From Parcubacteria group bacterium (GTDB lineage Bacteria; Patescibacteriota; Minisyncoccia; Minisyncoccales; JAQTPW01), in assembly GCA_043813215.1 (NCBI GenBank), contig JBDRLH010000015.1, forward strand, positions 1 through 36,185: a DNA stretch of 36,185 nucleotides, read 5' to 3'. The notes under the pieces were generated by a model, which was not told the origin of the DNA, did not search any database, and saw nothing but the letters and a program-made list of their open reading frames with translations. The position numbers and the translations under genes are program-made. Shown here piece after piece: positions 1 to 8,777 of this stretch. Positions within the stretch are counted from its first letter, which is position 1. The number at the start of each line of letters is the position of its first letter.

Positions 1-57
1 TGATAGCACTCTAACCAGAGAAGAAGGTGAATCTCTAAGTTTAAAATGTGCCTATAA

Positions 58-172
58 ACAAACGACTCTCTTTTTGAGAGAGCCGCTTGTAATATTTCTA
101 TCGGTCAGTCCTAAGCTCTCTCTTCTTAGGACTAACCGCTACTTGTGGTAAACTTTTTGATTATTATCTAAT
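58..172 (-). other. Structured leader or small RNA with two hairpins (possible attenuator)
   Basis: Downstream of the consensus promoter at 179-207. Hairpins at 102-138 (14 bp) and 58-90 (13 bp) pair fully on the minus strand using G-U wobbles. Confidence 0.5.
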
Positions 173-178
173 ACCTGT

Positions 179-207
179 ATTATATCATACTACATTAATC
201 TTGTCAA
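179..207 (-). promoter_or_regulatory. Sigma70-type promoter, perfect consensus
   Basis: TTGACA (207-202), 17 nt, TATAAT (184-179), with a TG extended -10. Confidence 0.85.
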
Positions 208-222
208 GTGCTTTGATATAAC

Positions 223-247
223 AAAACCACGCCCCAAAAGGCGTGGT
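223..247 (-). terminator. Intrinsic terminator after rpsP
   Basis: 8-bp stem ACCACGCC/GGCGTGGT followed by a T run on the minus strand. Confidence 0.7.
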
Positions 248-259
248 AAATAGTTTTAA

Positions 260-757
260 TTATTTCTTTTCTTCGGCTGCCGGAGCCTCAATTTTCTTCT
301 CTTCTACCGGTGGTTCAATCTTTTTTTCCTCGGCAGGGGCTTCTATTTTCGGCTCCTTGCTCTCCGTAGCGTTAGCGGAAGAAGGTTCTTTTAGCGCTTC
401 CGCAGGTTTTTCGGCAGGTTTTGCCGCCGGAACTGGCGCTCCTTGGGTCGCCGCAACGCCCGCTGGCGTGGACGCGCCTTCTTTGACTTTCTTTTTATTG
501 TGCACGTCTATTTTTTTGCCTTCAATGATTTTTTCTGAAATCAATAAATTATGGATGCTGTCAGAGGGCTGGGCTCCCTTTGAAATCCAGTACTTGATTC
601 TTTCGGCATTGAGTATTTTTTTCTTTTTCACCGGATCAAAAGACCCCACCTCTTCCACAAAGCGGCCTCCTCTGGTGGGCCTTCTTTGGTCTGTGACGAC
701 TATTCTGAAATATGGCTGATTTTTTTTGCCGATTCTGAAATATCTTATGACTAGCAT
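260..757 (-). CDS. rpsP: 30S ribosomal protein S16 with long low-complexity C-terminal extension
   Basis: MLVIRYFRIGKKNQPYFRIVVTD...YWISKGAQPSD is the S16 signature, followed by an ~80-aa Ala/Pro/Glu/Lys tail with EEKKIE[AP]P repeats. Confidence 0.97.
   Translation of the reverse strand: MLVIRYFRIGKKNQPYFRIVVTDQRRPTRGGRFVEEVGSFDPVKKKKILNAERIKYWISKGAQPSDSIHNLLISEKIIEGKKIDVHNKKKVKEGASTPAGVAATQGAPVPAAKPAEKPAEALKEPSSANATESKEPKIEAPAEEKKIEPPVEEKKIEAPAAEEKK
355..385 (-). repeat. REP-like palindromic element, in frame in rpsP
   Basis: CCTTCTTCCGCTAACGCTACGGAGAGCAAGG; shares a core with copies at 1972-2004 and 23409-23435. Confidence 0.55.
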
Positions 758-764
758 GTTATTT

Positions 765-790
765 ATTATCGATTATAGATTATAAATTAT
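765..790. repeat. 7-nt tandem repeat (ATTATNR) in the rnc-rpsP spacer
   Basis: attatcg attatag attataa attat. Confidence 0.7.
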
Positions 791-1479
791 TACCACTTCT
801 TTACCTTCAGCGCTTCCTTGGCCGCGGCTAATTCCGCTTCCTGTTTTGAGGAGCCCTCGCCTTTGGCTATTAACTCTTCTCCCAAATAAACGCCGATTAT
901 GAAATGCCTTGCATGATCCGGCCCCCATTCTTCCAAAACTTTATATATCGGAGTAACGCCTTTTTCCTCCTGAGCTTCTTCCTGGAAGCCGGATTTGGCA
1001 TCTTTGTAAAGGCCTTTTTTTATGATTTCTGGCAATTCTTTGATTAAATGTTCGGCAATGAAATCTTGGCAGATTTTATAGCCCAGGTCAAGATACATTG
1101 CGCCCACAAAGGCCTCAAAAGTATTTGCCAGAATATACTGGCGGGCCTTTCCTTCTTCTTTTTCTTCGCCCCTGGAAAGCAGGATGAAATCGTTAAAGCC
1201 GAGATTTCTGGATGTTTCGGCCAGCATTTTGGCGTTGACCAAAGAGGCTCGCCAATTTGTCAGCTCGCCCTCGGATTTTTGAGGAAAATCAGCGTAAAGA
1301 TATTCGGTGATCACTAGCTCTAAAACCGCGTCTCCTAAAAATTCCAAACGTTCGTTGTTCTCTAGCCCGCAACCGGGGTTTTCATTCAAAAAAGAGCGGT
1401 GACAAAATGCCTGCGTTAGAATATTCTTATTTTTAAAATCAATTTTTAACTGCTTTTCTAATTTTGAGAAATCGTTCAT
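790..1479 (-). CDS. rnc: Ribonuclease III
   Basis: NERLEFLGDAVL signature and C-terminal dsRNA-binding domain (GEGSSKQEAE). Confidence 0.98.
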   Translation of the reverse strand: MNDFSKLEKQLKIDFKNKNILTQAFCHRSFLNENPGCGLENNERLEFLGDAVLELVITEYLYADFPQKSEGELTNWRASLVNAKMLAETSRNLGFNDFILLSRGEEKEEGKARQYILANTFEAFVGAMYLDLGYKICQDFIAEHLIKELPEIIKKGLYKDAKSGFQEEAQEEKGVTPIYKVLEEWGPDHARHFIIGVYLGEELIAKGEGSSKQEAELAAAKEALKVKKW

Positions 1480-1482
1480 TAG

Positions 1483-1920
1483 TTATTTGCTTTCCGGTTC
1501 TTTGTTTATTTCTTTATAAACTGTACCTAAAACTCCGTTGATGAATTTGCCCGAACTCTCTCCGCCGAAAGTTTTGGCAAGCTCTATGGCCTCATTTATC
1601 GCCACCTTTGGAGGAACTTCTTCTTTGTTGCTAAAAAGCAACTCATAGAGTCCGATTCTTAAAACATTCCTGTCTACGATGGTAATCTGGTCAAGCGGCC
1701 ATTCCGGGGCGGCTTTTTCAATAATCTTGTTGATTTCGGCAATATGTTGGACGGTGCCGGTTATTAATTGCCAGACAAAAGTCTGGTCTTCAAGTCCCGG
1801 CCCGAATTCCTGAATATTTTTTTCAACTATTTTTTTTAAATCTTCCGGCTTTTTACCGGAAAAATCCCATTCGTACAAGGACTGCATGACGATTGATCTG
1901 GAAAGATGACGAGAGGCCAT
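1483..1920 (-). CDS. nusB: Transcription antitermination factor NusB
   Basis: [32 protein letters not shown] motifs. Confidence 0.97.
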   Translation of the reverse strand: MASRHLSRSIVMQSLYEWDFSGKKPEDLKKIVEKNIQEFGPGLEDQTFVWQLITGTVQHIAEINKIIEKAAPEWPLDQITIVDRNVLRIGLYELLFSNKEEVPPKVAINEAIELAKTFGGESSGKFINGVLGTVYKEINKEPESK

Positions 1921-1926
1921 AGTAAT

Positions 1927-2229
1927 TTACATTTTTGAAAGCTCTTGCGCGTTTAATTCATTCTTTCCCGTCTTGTCCGCCGTAGCTTTTTGGGAGGCGG
2001 AGGCTTTTAATTCTTTTTCTCGCTCTTTTTTTTCTTTTTTGGAAAGTTTGGCCAGAACATCAATCATCTGCCTGCCCTTGTAAATTCCGCAGTTTTGACA
2101 AACAGTATGCGGCAAAACCGGTTTTTTGCATTTTGGACAAACACTAATAGTTGATGCCTTAATAAAAATATGCATCCGGCGCTGGTTCCTATGCCCTTTT
2201 GTATGTCGTTGTTTTGGCGTTCCGCCCAT
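1927..2229 (-). CDS. rpmF: 50S ribosomal protein L32 (Zn-binding type) with C-terminal extension
   Basis: PKQRHTKGHRNQRRMH...CPKC...PHTVCQNCGIYKGR. Confidence 0.95.
   Translation of the reverse strand: MGGTPKQRHTKGHRNQRRMHIFIKASTISVCPKCKKPVLPHTVCQNCGIYKGRQMIDVLAKLSKKEKKEREKELKASASQKATADKTGKNELNAQELSKM
1972..2004 (-). repeat. REP-like palindromic element, in frame in rpmF
   Basis: GCCTCCGCCTCCCAAAAAGCTACGGCGGACAAG; TCCGCC/GGCGGA stem; encodes ASASQKATADK. Confidence 0.6.
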
Positions 2230-2264
2230 AAATAATAGTCTAAATTAAAATTAATCTATTTGCC

Positions 2265-2293
2265 AGTATAACAAATAAACAAATCTATTTCAA
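2265..2293 (-). promoter_or_regulatory. Promoter for rpmF-nusB-rnc-rpsP
   Basis: TTGAAA, 17 nt, TATACT with TGn. Confidence 0.65.
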
Positions 2294-2970
2294 TGGTGGC
2301 GCACAGGAGCAAAGCTTTTTCGGTGGATTTTGCAGGGGCCGTGTTTTTTTAAAAGTTTCGTATGCAGCTTTGTGCCGTATCCCTTATGCAAATCAAATCG
2401 GTATTTCGGATATTTTTTGTGATAGCGCATCATTATCCTGTCCCGCGCGACTTTTGCCAGAATGGAAGCGGCCGCCACGGAAAAAACTTTTCCGTCACCT
2501 CCGACAATCAATTTTAAGCTGTAGGATTTAAGTTTTAAATTTTTAACGCCGTTGCCGTCAATTATCAAAAAATCCGGCCGCCATTTTGATTTTTGATTTT
2601 TACATTTTAAATTATCTATGGCTTTTTCCATGGCCAGTTCGGCCGCGTTTTTTATATTTATTTTATCAATCACCTTCTCCGAAACTATGCCAATACCCCA
2701 CTTAATGTTTTTATTTTTAGTTATTAGTCCATAAAGCTCTCCCCGTTTTTTTGCCGAAAGTTTTTTAGAATCATCGACTTCTCTCAACAACTTTTTACTT
2801 TTGAATTGTAATCTTGATTTTTGATTTTTGATTTTTGAGTTATTAAAAACTACCGCCGCAGCAACCACCGGCCCGGCCAGCGGGCCCCGGCCCGCCTCAT
2901 CCAACCCCGCCACTCTTTTATACCCTCGTCTCCACAAAATTTTTTCTTCTTGAAAATTCGAATACAACAT
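2290..2970 (-). CDS. rnhB: Ribonuclease HII
   Basis: GLDEAGRGPLAGPVVAAAV, DSKKL, IIDGN, AAASILAKVARD, HKGYGT, HRKSF. Confidence 0.97.
   Translation of the reverse strand: MLYSNFQEEKILWRRGYKRVAGLDEAGRGPLAGPVVAAAVVFNNSKIKNQKSRLQFKSKKLLREVDDSKKLSAKKRGELYGLITKNKNIKWGIGIVSEKVIDKINIKNAAELAMEKAIDNLKCKNQKSKWRPDFLIIDGNGVKNLKLKSYSLKLIVGGDGKVFSVAAASILAKVARDRIMMRYHKKYPKYRFDLHKGYGTKLHTKLLKKHGPCKIHRKSFAPVRHH
2512..2611. repeat. Two 7-nt-period tracts within rnhB
   Basis: 2584-2611: ttttgat ttttgat ttttaca ttttaaa. 2512-2546: ttttaag ctgtagg atttaag ttttaaa tttttaa. Confidence 0.6.
2813..2840. repeat. 7-nt tandem repeat within rnhB (encodes NSKIKNQKSR)
   Basis: cttgatt tttgatt tttgatt tttgagt. Confidence 0.75.
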
Positions 2971-2994
2971 TCGATTATTTTATCAATTAACAAT

Positions 2995-3033
2995 AAAAAG
3001 AAAAAGCGGCTGGTTTTGCTATACTAGCCGCTT
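2995..3033 (-). terminator. Terminator of the hydrolase cassette
   Basis: AAGCGGCT/AGCCGCTT stem with the stop codon in the loop, followed by a T tract on the minus strand. Confidence 0.7.
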
Positions 3034-3723
3034 AATAAAATCGTCTATTGCATCAACAAGTTCATTTGTTGCGCGTAGTTGCGGCGAGTGATCCCAGTCG
3101 AACTTCTTGATTTTACAGCCGGAAATCCTTTTCCAGCCGCTACTAAGATTTTTAATAGGATCGCGGCCGCTCAAAAATACCGTACATGCCGCTTTGATTT
3201 GCGTATGTTTTTCGGGTGGGATAAGAAACGCTTGAGCTGTCGCCATCATTTTTTTATTTCTCACCCACTTCATTTTTGGGAAAATAAAGGGAGCGAAAAA
3301 ACAAAACGGTATCCTGATTATCTTCCAGAAAAAAGATTGCCAAGGAAAAAATAGTCCCGGACTTAAGAAAACAACTCCCTTGCAAAAATTAGAACGGTTC
3401 TCTTTTAGGTACTTGAAAGCTATCCATCCGCCACCAGAGTGGGAAAAAATAATAAATTCCCGTTGACCTATCGAGGCAACCGCTAAGTCTTCAATCCATT
3501 TTCCCCATTCCTCCGGCCTAATATATTTTACGGGACTGTCACCAAAACCAGGGAAATCGGGTAAAATCACCCTATATCCCCTGCTAGCTAGTTTTATCTG
3601 CAAAGGAATGTAATCGTCAGCCGGACCCCCCCATCCAGGAAGAATCAAAATATTAAAACCACCTCCGGTTTCGCGATAAGAAACTTCTCCACCATTAATT
3701 AATACTTTCTTTTTAATTTTTAT
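3019..3723 (-). CDS. Alpha/beta-fold hydrolase (esterase-like); start uncertain (ATA 3723, ATT 3717 or TTG 3648)
   Basis: ILPGWGG, PDFPGFGDS, nucleophile elbow SHSGGG, GRDP (acid), DHSPQ (His). The frame stays open upstream as KIKKKVLINGGEVSYRETGGG, a typical hydrolase N-terminus, with SD AAAGGGGGT at 3727-3735. Confidence 0.85.
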   Translation of the reverse strand: MKIKKKVLINGGEVSYRETGGGFNILILPGWGGPADDYIPLQIKLASRGYRVILPDFPGFGDSPVKYIRPEEWGKWIEDLAVASIGQREFIIFSHSGGGWIAFKYLKENRSNFCKGVVFLSPGLFFPWQSFFWKIIRIPFCFFAPFIFPKMKWVRNKKMMATAQAFLIPPEKHTQIKAACTVFLSGRDPIKNLSSGWKRISGCKIKKFDWDHSPQLRATNELVDAIDDFIKRLV

Positions 3724-3758
3724 CCAACCCCCTTTCTCAAAGAGCTTTTTCTGGTTAA

Positions 3759-3787
3759 ATAATATAATACTATTTATATTTTGTCAA
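3759..3787 (-). promoter_or_regulatory. Promoter of the hydrolase cassette
   Basis: TTGACA, 17 nt, TATTAT. Confidence 0.7.
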
Positions 3788-3846
3788 TGTTTATTTTTTT
3801 AATAGAATTGTTTAAAATAATATAAACCTTTAATAGGTATTTTATT

Positions 3847-6800
3847 ATGCAAAAGTTTACGCATCTTCATGTCCACAGCCATTACTCCTTACTTGATGGC
3901 TTGCCAAAGATTGACGAGATTTTAGATCATGTCAAAAAACTTGGCATGGATGCCTGCGCCCTGACCGACCATGGTGTACTTTATGGGGCGGTTGAATTTT
4001 TCAAAAAAGCGAAAGAAAAAGGCATAAAACCGATTATCGGCGCAGAAGTCTATGTGGCTTTTGAAAAAATGCAGCAAGAGCGCCCGGGCATAGACGACAA
4101 AAGATATCACCTGATGCTGTTGGCAAAAGATCAGCAAGGCTACAAAAATCTGGTCAAACTTGTCACAAAGGCTCATTTGGAAGGGTTTTATTACAAACCC
4201 AGGATTGATCGCGAATTGCTGGAAAAATACAGTCAGGGTTTAATAGGAATGTCAGCTTGCCTGCAAGGAGAAATTCCCCAGCTGATTTTAAGAAAAAAAA
4301 TCAGGGAAGCCGAAGAACTTGCTCAAAAATATCAAAAAATTTTCGGCAAAGGTTATTTTTATCTGGAGCTTCAGCATCACCCCAATATCCCCGAGCAAAA
4401 AATTATCAATGACGGCTTAATCTCGCTTTCAAAAAAAACGGGCATTCCTCTTGTGACGACTTGCGACTCACATTATTTAAATAAAGAAGACGCCGAAGCT
4501 CAAGACATTTTAATGCTCATTAATACGGGAGCCGACCCCGATGACCCGGAGCGCTTAACCATGAAAAAAGAGGACTTATCCATGAAAAGCCCTGAGGAAA
4601 TGGAGAAGCTTTTCAAAGATTTGCCCGAAGCCCTGGAGAATACGCAAAAAATCGCGGATTTGTGCAACTTTGAATTTGAGTTAGGTATTACAAAATTACC
4701 CCAATATCCATCCTTACCGGAAGGAAAAACTGCCGAACAATATCTAAAAGATCTTTGCCGCGAAAGACTGGCAAGCAAATATCCCGATAAAACAAAAGAA
4801 GTTATGGACAGGCTGGAATACGAACTGTCGGTGATTGAAAAAACCGGATTTGCCGGATACTTTTTGATAGTTCAGGATTTTGTCAACTGGGCAAAACAAA
4901 ACCGCATAGTTGTGGGACCCGGCAGAGGCTCTTGCGGCGGTTCTCTGGTGGCTTATGTCTTGAATATTACCAATATTGATCCCCTAAAATACAATCTTCT
5001 TTTTGAAAGATTTTTAAATCCTGAGAGAATTTCCCTTCCCGATATTGATTTGGATTTTACCGACAGAAGAAGGGACGAGGTTTTAAATTATATTTCCGAA
5101 AAATACGGCAAAGACCGAGTCGCCCAGATTATTACTTTCGGAACCATGGCCGCCAGAGCGGTAATCAGAGACGTCGGACGAGCCATGATGCTCCCCTACA
5201 GCTATTGCGATCAAGTAGCGAAAATGATTCCTTTTGGTATGACTTTGGACCAAACTCTGGCAAACGTCACAGAGTTTAGAGACCTTTATCTCAATGACGT
5301 AAAATCAAAAAAACTGATTGATTTTGCCAAAAAATTGGAAGGCGTTGCCCGCCACGCCTCAACTCATGCCTGCGGAATTGTTATTTCAGCCGAATCTTTG
5401 GATAATTTAGTGCCTTTGCAGCATCCGACTCAGGACGACGAAAATATCGTCACGCAATACGGAATGCACTCAATTGAAGATTTGGGTCTTTTGAAAATGG
5501 ATTTATTGGGTTTAAAAAATTTGACGATTATTGAAGACACTTTGGCCAGAATTTATAAAGTCCAGGGCAAATCAATTGATATTGAGAAACTCCCCCTTGA
5601 TGACAAGGAAACTTTCAGGCTTTTACAGAAAGCTCAGACAATCGGCGTCTTTCAGCTGGAATCCGAGGGGATGCAAAATTATTTAAAACAATTAAAACCG
5701 ACCGAAATGGAAGATATTATTGCCATGGTGGCGCTTTATCGGCCGGGACCGATGGCTCTTATTCCCGAATACATCGCCGGCAAGCATAAGAAAAAAACAG
5801 TTGAGTATTTGCATCCGAAAATGAAACCGGTCCTTGAAAAAACTTACGGCATTATGCTTTATCAGGAACAAGTGATGAAAATCGCCCAAGAGCTTTGCGG
5901 ATTCACCCTAGGAGAAGCCGACGTTCTCAGAAAAGCCATCGGCAAGAAAATCAAAAAATTATTAATGGCTCAGAAAGAAAAATTTATTGAGGGGGCGATA
6001 AAAAACAGCGTCAGAGAGGATATCGCCAAAAAAATTTGGCATTGGATAGAACCTTTTGCCAGCTATTCTTTCAACAGGTCGCATGCGGCAGCTTACGCGC
6101 AAATCGCTTATCAGACAGCTTATTTAAAAACCCATTTCCCCGTTGAATTCATGTCAGCTCTTTTGACTTCTGAAAAAGCGGATGTAGAAAGAATCGGCTT
6201 TTTAATCGGAGAGTGCAAAAAAATGAGACTGGTTGTCTTGGCTCCGGATATTAACGAAAGCTTTGCCAATTTCTCAGTGGTGCCAAATCAAAAGACAATC
6301 CGCTTCGGTCTTCTGGCCGTAAAAAATGTCGGCAAGAATATTGTTGAAACTATAATTAAAGAAAGAAAAGCCAGCGGACATTTTGCCTCTATTGAAGATT
6401 TTATCAATAGAGTAAATTCAAAAGACCTAAATAAAAAATCTCTGGAAAGCCTGATTCGCGCCGGCGCTTTTGATAAAATGGCTGAAAGAAACCAGCTTTT
6501 ATTTAATCTGGAAAAACTGCTGGAAGTGGCCCGGGAAACCCAGAAAAATAAAAATAACGGCCAGAAAGGATTATTCGATATGTCGGATGGAAAACAAAAG
6601 ATAAATCATAAATTCCAATTATCCTTTGCAACTCCGGCGACTGACCACGAAAAACTTGCCTGGGAAAAAGAGCTTCTGGGGCTTTTTGTCACCTCGCATC
6701 CTTTGAATAATTTCAAAAATATTCTTGAGAAAAAAACTTCGCAGCTTTCCAAGGTAAAAATAGGCGCCAAAAACAAGCAGGTAAAAGTAGGCGGTATCAT

Positions 6801-7026
6801 CGCTTCTTTTAAAAAAATAATTACCAAAACCGGCCGGCCCATGCTTTTTGTCAACCTGGAAGATTTGTCGGATAAAATTGAAGTGGTTGTTTTTCCCAAT
6901 ACTTTGGAAAGAAACCCGGAAGTTTTCCAAGAAAATAAAATCGTCTTCATTTCCGGCAAAACCGACAACCGCGACGGCACAATTAAAGTCATCTGTGACA
7001 CAGCCGAAGAAATCTTGGAAGCCTAA
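3847..7026 (+). CDS. dnaE: DNA polymerase III alpha subunit
   Basis: PHP domain (HLHVHSHYS, TDHG), GPGRGS, PDIDLDF, KMDLLGL, clamp-binding QKGLF, terminal OB fold. Confidence 0.98.
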   Translation: MQKFTHLHVHSHYSLLDGLPKIDEILDHVKKLGMDACALTDHGVLYGAVEFFKKAKEKGIKPIIGAEVYVAFEKMQQERPGIDDKRYHLMLLAKDQQGYKNLVKLVTKAHLEGFYYKPRIDRELLEKYSQGLIGMSACLQGEIPQLILRKKIREAEELAQKYQKIFGKGYFYLELQHHPNIPEQKIINDGLISLSKKTGIPLVTTCDSHYLNKEDAEAQDILMLINTGADPDDPERLTMKKEDLSMKSPEEMEKLFKDLPEALENTQKIADLCNFEFELGITKLPQYPSLPEGKTAEQYLKDLCRERLASKYPDKTKEVMDRLEYELSVIEKTGFAGYFLIVQDFVNWAKQNRIVVGPGRGSCGGSLVAYVLNITNIDPLKYNLLFERFLNPERISLPDIDLDFTDRRRDEVLNYISEKYGKDRVAQIITFGTMAARAVIRDVGRAMMLPYSYCDQVAKMIPFGMTLDQTLANVTEFRDLYLNDVKSKKLIDFAKKLEGVARHASTHACGIVISAESLDNLVPLQHPTQDDENIVTQYGMHSIEDLGLLKMDLLGLKNLTIIEDTLARIYKVQGKSIDIEKLPLDDKETFRLLQKAQTIGVFQLESEGMQNYLKQLKPTEMEDIIAMVALYRPGPMALIPEYIAGKHKKKTVEYLHPKMKPVLEKTYGIMLYQEQVMKIAQELCGFTLGEADVLRKAIGKKIKKLLMAQKEKFIEGAIKNSVREDIAKKIWHWIEPFASYSFNRSHAAAYAQIAYQTAYLKTHFPVEFMSALLTSEKADVERIGFLIGECKKMRLVVLAPDINESFANFSVVPNQKTIRFGLLAVKNVGKNIVETIIKERKASGHFASIEDFINRVNSKDLNKKSLESLIRAGAFDKMAERNQLLFNLEKLLEVARETQKNKNNGQKGLFDMSDGKQKINHKFQLSFATPATDHEKLAWEKELLGLFVTSHPLNNFKNILEKKTSQLSKVKIGAKNKQVKVGGIIASFKKIITKTGRPMLFVNLEDLSDKIEVVVFPNTLERNPEVFQENKIVFISGKTDNRDGTIKVICDTAEEILEA

Positions 7027-7051
7027 TGAATTCGTGCTAAGATATTTAATT

Positions 7052-8764
7052 ATGGAAAAACAAAACATTGAAACAATCCGCCATTCCTTATCGCATATTT
7101 TGGCTTACGCGGTGCAAGACCTTTGGTCCGACACGAAATTTGGCATTGGACCGGCCATTGAAAACGGCTTTTACTACGATTTTCTATTTAAGAATTCTCT
7201 AACGCCGGACAATTTACCAAAAATTGAGGAAAAAATGAAAGAGCTGATTAAGCAAAATTTTGAATTTAGAATTAAGAATTTAGAATTCGACGAAGCAAAA
7301 AATCTTTTCAAAGACCAGCCGTATAAATTAGAATTAATTGAAGAATTGAAGGGACAAAAAATAACCGTTTACGAATCCGGTGAATTTATTGATTTGTGCG
7401 CCGGCCCTCACGTCAAATCGGCAAAAGATCTGCCAATTGAGAGCTTTAAACTAAACGAGGTCGCCGGTGCTTATTGGCGGGGCTCTGAAAAAAATCAGAT
7501 GCTTACCAGGATTTACGGCTTGGCTTTTGAAACAAAAAAAGAATTGGCAGATTATTTGAAAATGCAGTCAGAAGCCGAAAAAAGAGACCATAGAAAACTG
7601 GGGCCGCAATTGGGATTATTTATGTTCCATGAAACCGCCCCAGGCATGGCTTACTGGTTGCCAAAAGGCCTGGTTATATTAAACGAACTTTTAGATTTTT
7701 GGAGAAAAGAACATCAAAAATCAGGCTATCAGGAAGTCAGAACTCCCCTATTGAATAAAAAAGAGCTTTATGAAACATCGGGCCATTGGGATCATTACAG
7801 AAAAGAAATGTTTCTCTGCCAAACCGAAGAAGAAGAAATTTATGCTTTAAAACCCATGAATTGCCCCAACGCCATGGTAGTTTTTCAAAGCAAAACAAGG
7901 AGTTACCGAGATTTGCCTTTGCGATTTTCCGATTGCGATATTTTACATCGCTATGAAAGATCAGGCACACTGAATGGCCTCTTGAGGGTGAGAGAATTTA
8001 CCCAAGATGATGCTCATATTTTTATTTCTGAAGATCAAATAAAAGAAGAGTATCAAAGAATATTCGAGATTGCTGAAAAATTTTATTCTATTTTTAATCT
8101 TGAGTACTCCTTTAGGCTAGGCACCAAACCAGAAAGCTTTATGGGCGATGAAAAAAGTTGGGATAAAGCCGAAAAAGAATTGGAGAAAATTTTAAAATCA
8201 TCCGGAAAATCATTCACGATTCTTAAGGGAGATGGAGCGTTTTACGGACCTAAAATTGATATTTTAATGAAAGATTCTCTGGGCAGGCAATGGCAGTTGG
8301 GAACGATTCAGCTTGACTTTCAAATACCCAGAAATTTTAAACTTTGTTTTATCGACAAAGACGGTAAAGAAAAAACTCCGGCGGTCATCCATCGGGTGAT
8401 TTACGGCTCCCTAGAAAGATTCGTCGGCGTTTTGACAGAACATTTTGCCGGGGCTTTTCCTTTTTGGTTGGCGCCAGTCCAAATTCGCATAATTCCGATT
8501 TCCGATAAGCATGTTGAATATGCGGAAAAAGTGAAAAAAGAACTAGCAGACTTCAGGGTTGAGATTGATGCCGAAAATGAAACCATGGGAAAGAAAATCA
8601 GAAACGGAGAGTTGGAAAAAATCCCCTATTTGCTGGTTGTGGGAGACAAAGAAATCGCTTCAAACGCCGTCGCCGTAAGAGAGAGGGGCAAAAAAGACAT
8701 AACAACGATGAAAATAACTGAATTTTCGGAAAAAATTAAAATAAAACAAGAAAATAAAAAATAA
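7052..8764 (+). CDS. thrS: Threonine--tRNA ligase lacking the N-terminal TGS domain
   Basis: IRHSLSH, DLCAGPH, RDHRKLG, KPMNCP, GAFYGPKID, HRVIYGSLERF. Start placed at ATG 7052 (MEKQ), after the dnaE stop. Confidence 0.97.
   Translation: MEKQNIETIRHSLSHILAYAVQDLWSDTKFGIGPAIENGFYYDFLFKNSLTPDNLPKIEEKMKELIKQNFEFRIKNLEFDEAKNLFKDQPYKLELIEELKGQKITVYESGEFIDLCAGPHVKSAKDLPIESFKLNEVAGAYWRGSEKNQMLTRIYGLAFETKKELADYLKMQSEAEKRDHRKLGPQLGLFMFHETAPGMAYWLPKGLVILNELLDFWRKEHQKSGYQEVRTPLLNKKELYETSGHWDHYRKEMFLCQTEEEEIYALKPMNCPNAMVVFQSKTRSYRDLPLRFSDCDILHRYERSGTLNGLLRVREFTQDDAHIFISEDQIKEEYQRIFEIAEKFYSIFNLEYSFRLGTKPESFMGDEKSWDKAEKELEKILKSSGKSFTILKGDGAFYGPKIDILMKDSLGRQWQLGTIQLDFQIPRNFKLCFIDKDGKEKTPAVIHRVIYGSLERFVGVLTEHFAGAFPFWLAPVQIRIIPISDKHVEYAEKVKKELADFRVEIDAENETMGKKIRNGELEKIPYLLVVGDKEIASNAVAVRERGKKDITTMKITEFSEKIKIKQENKK
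7258..7285 (+). repeat. 7-nt tandem repeat within thrS (encodes FEFRIKNLEF)
   Basis: ttttgaa tttagaa ttaagaa tttagaa. Confidence 0.65.
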
Positions 8765-8777
8765 TGCAGATGATGCC

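Noticed and set aside
3-29. CIRCE element (TAGCACTC half-site)
   Set aside because: The second half GAGTGCTAA is absent at 9-nt spacing.
243-719. 158-aa + strand ORF and other antisense or nested ORFs in the track
   Set aside because: Shadows of well-supported genes on the other strand or frame, without expression signals.
6848-7051. N-terminal extension of ThrS in the ORF track
   Set aside because: Overlaps dnaE and has no ThrS similarity; real start at 7052.
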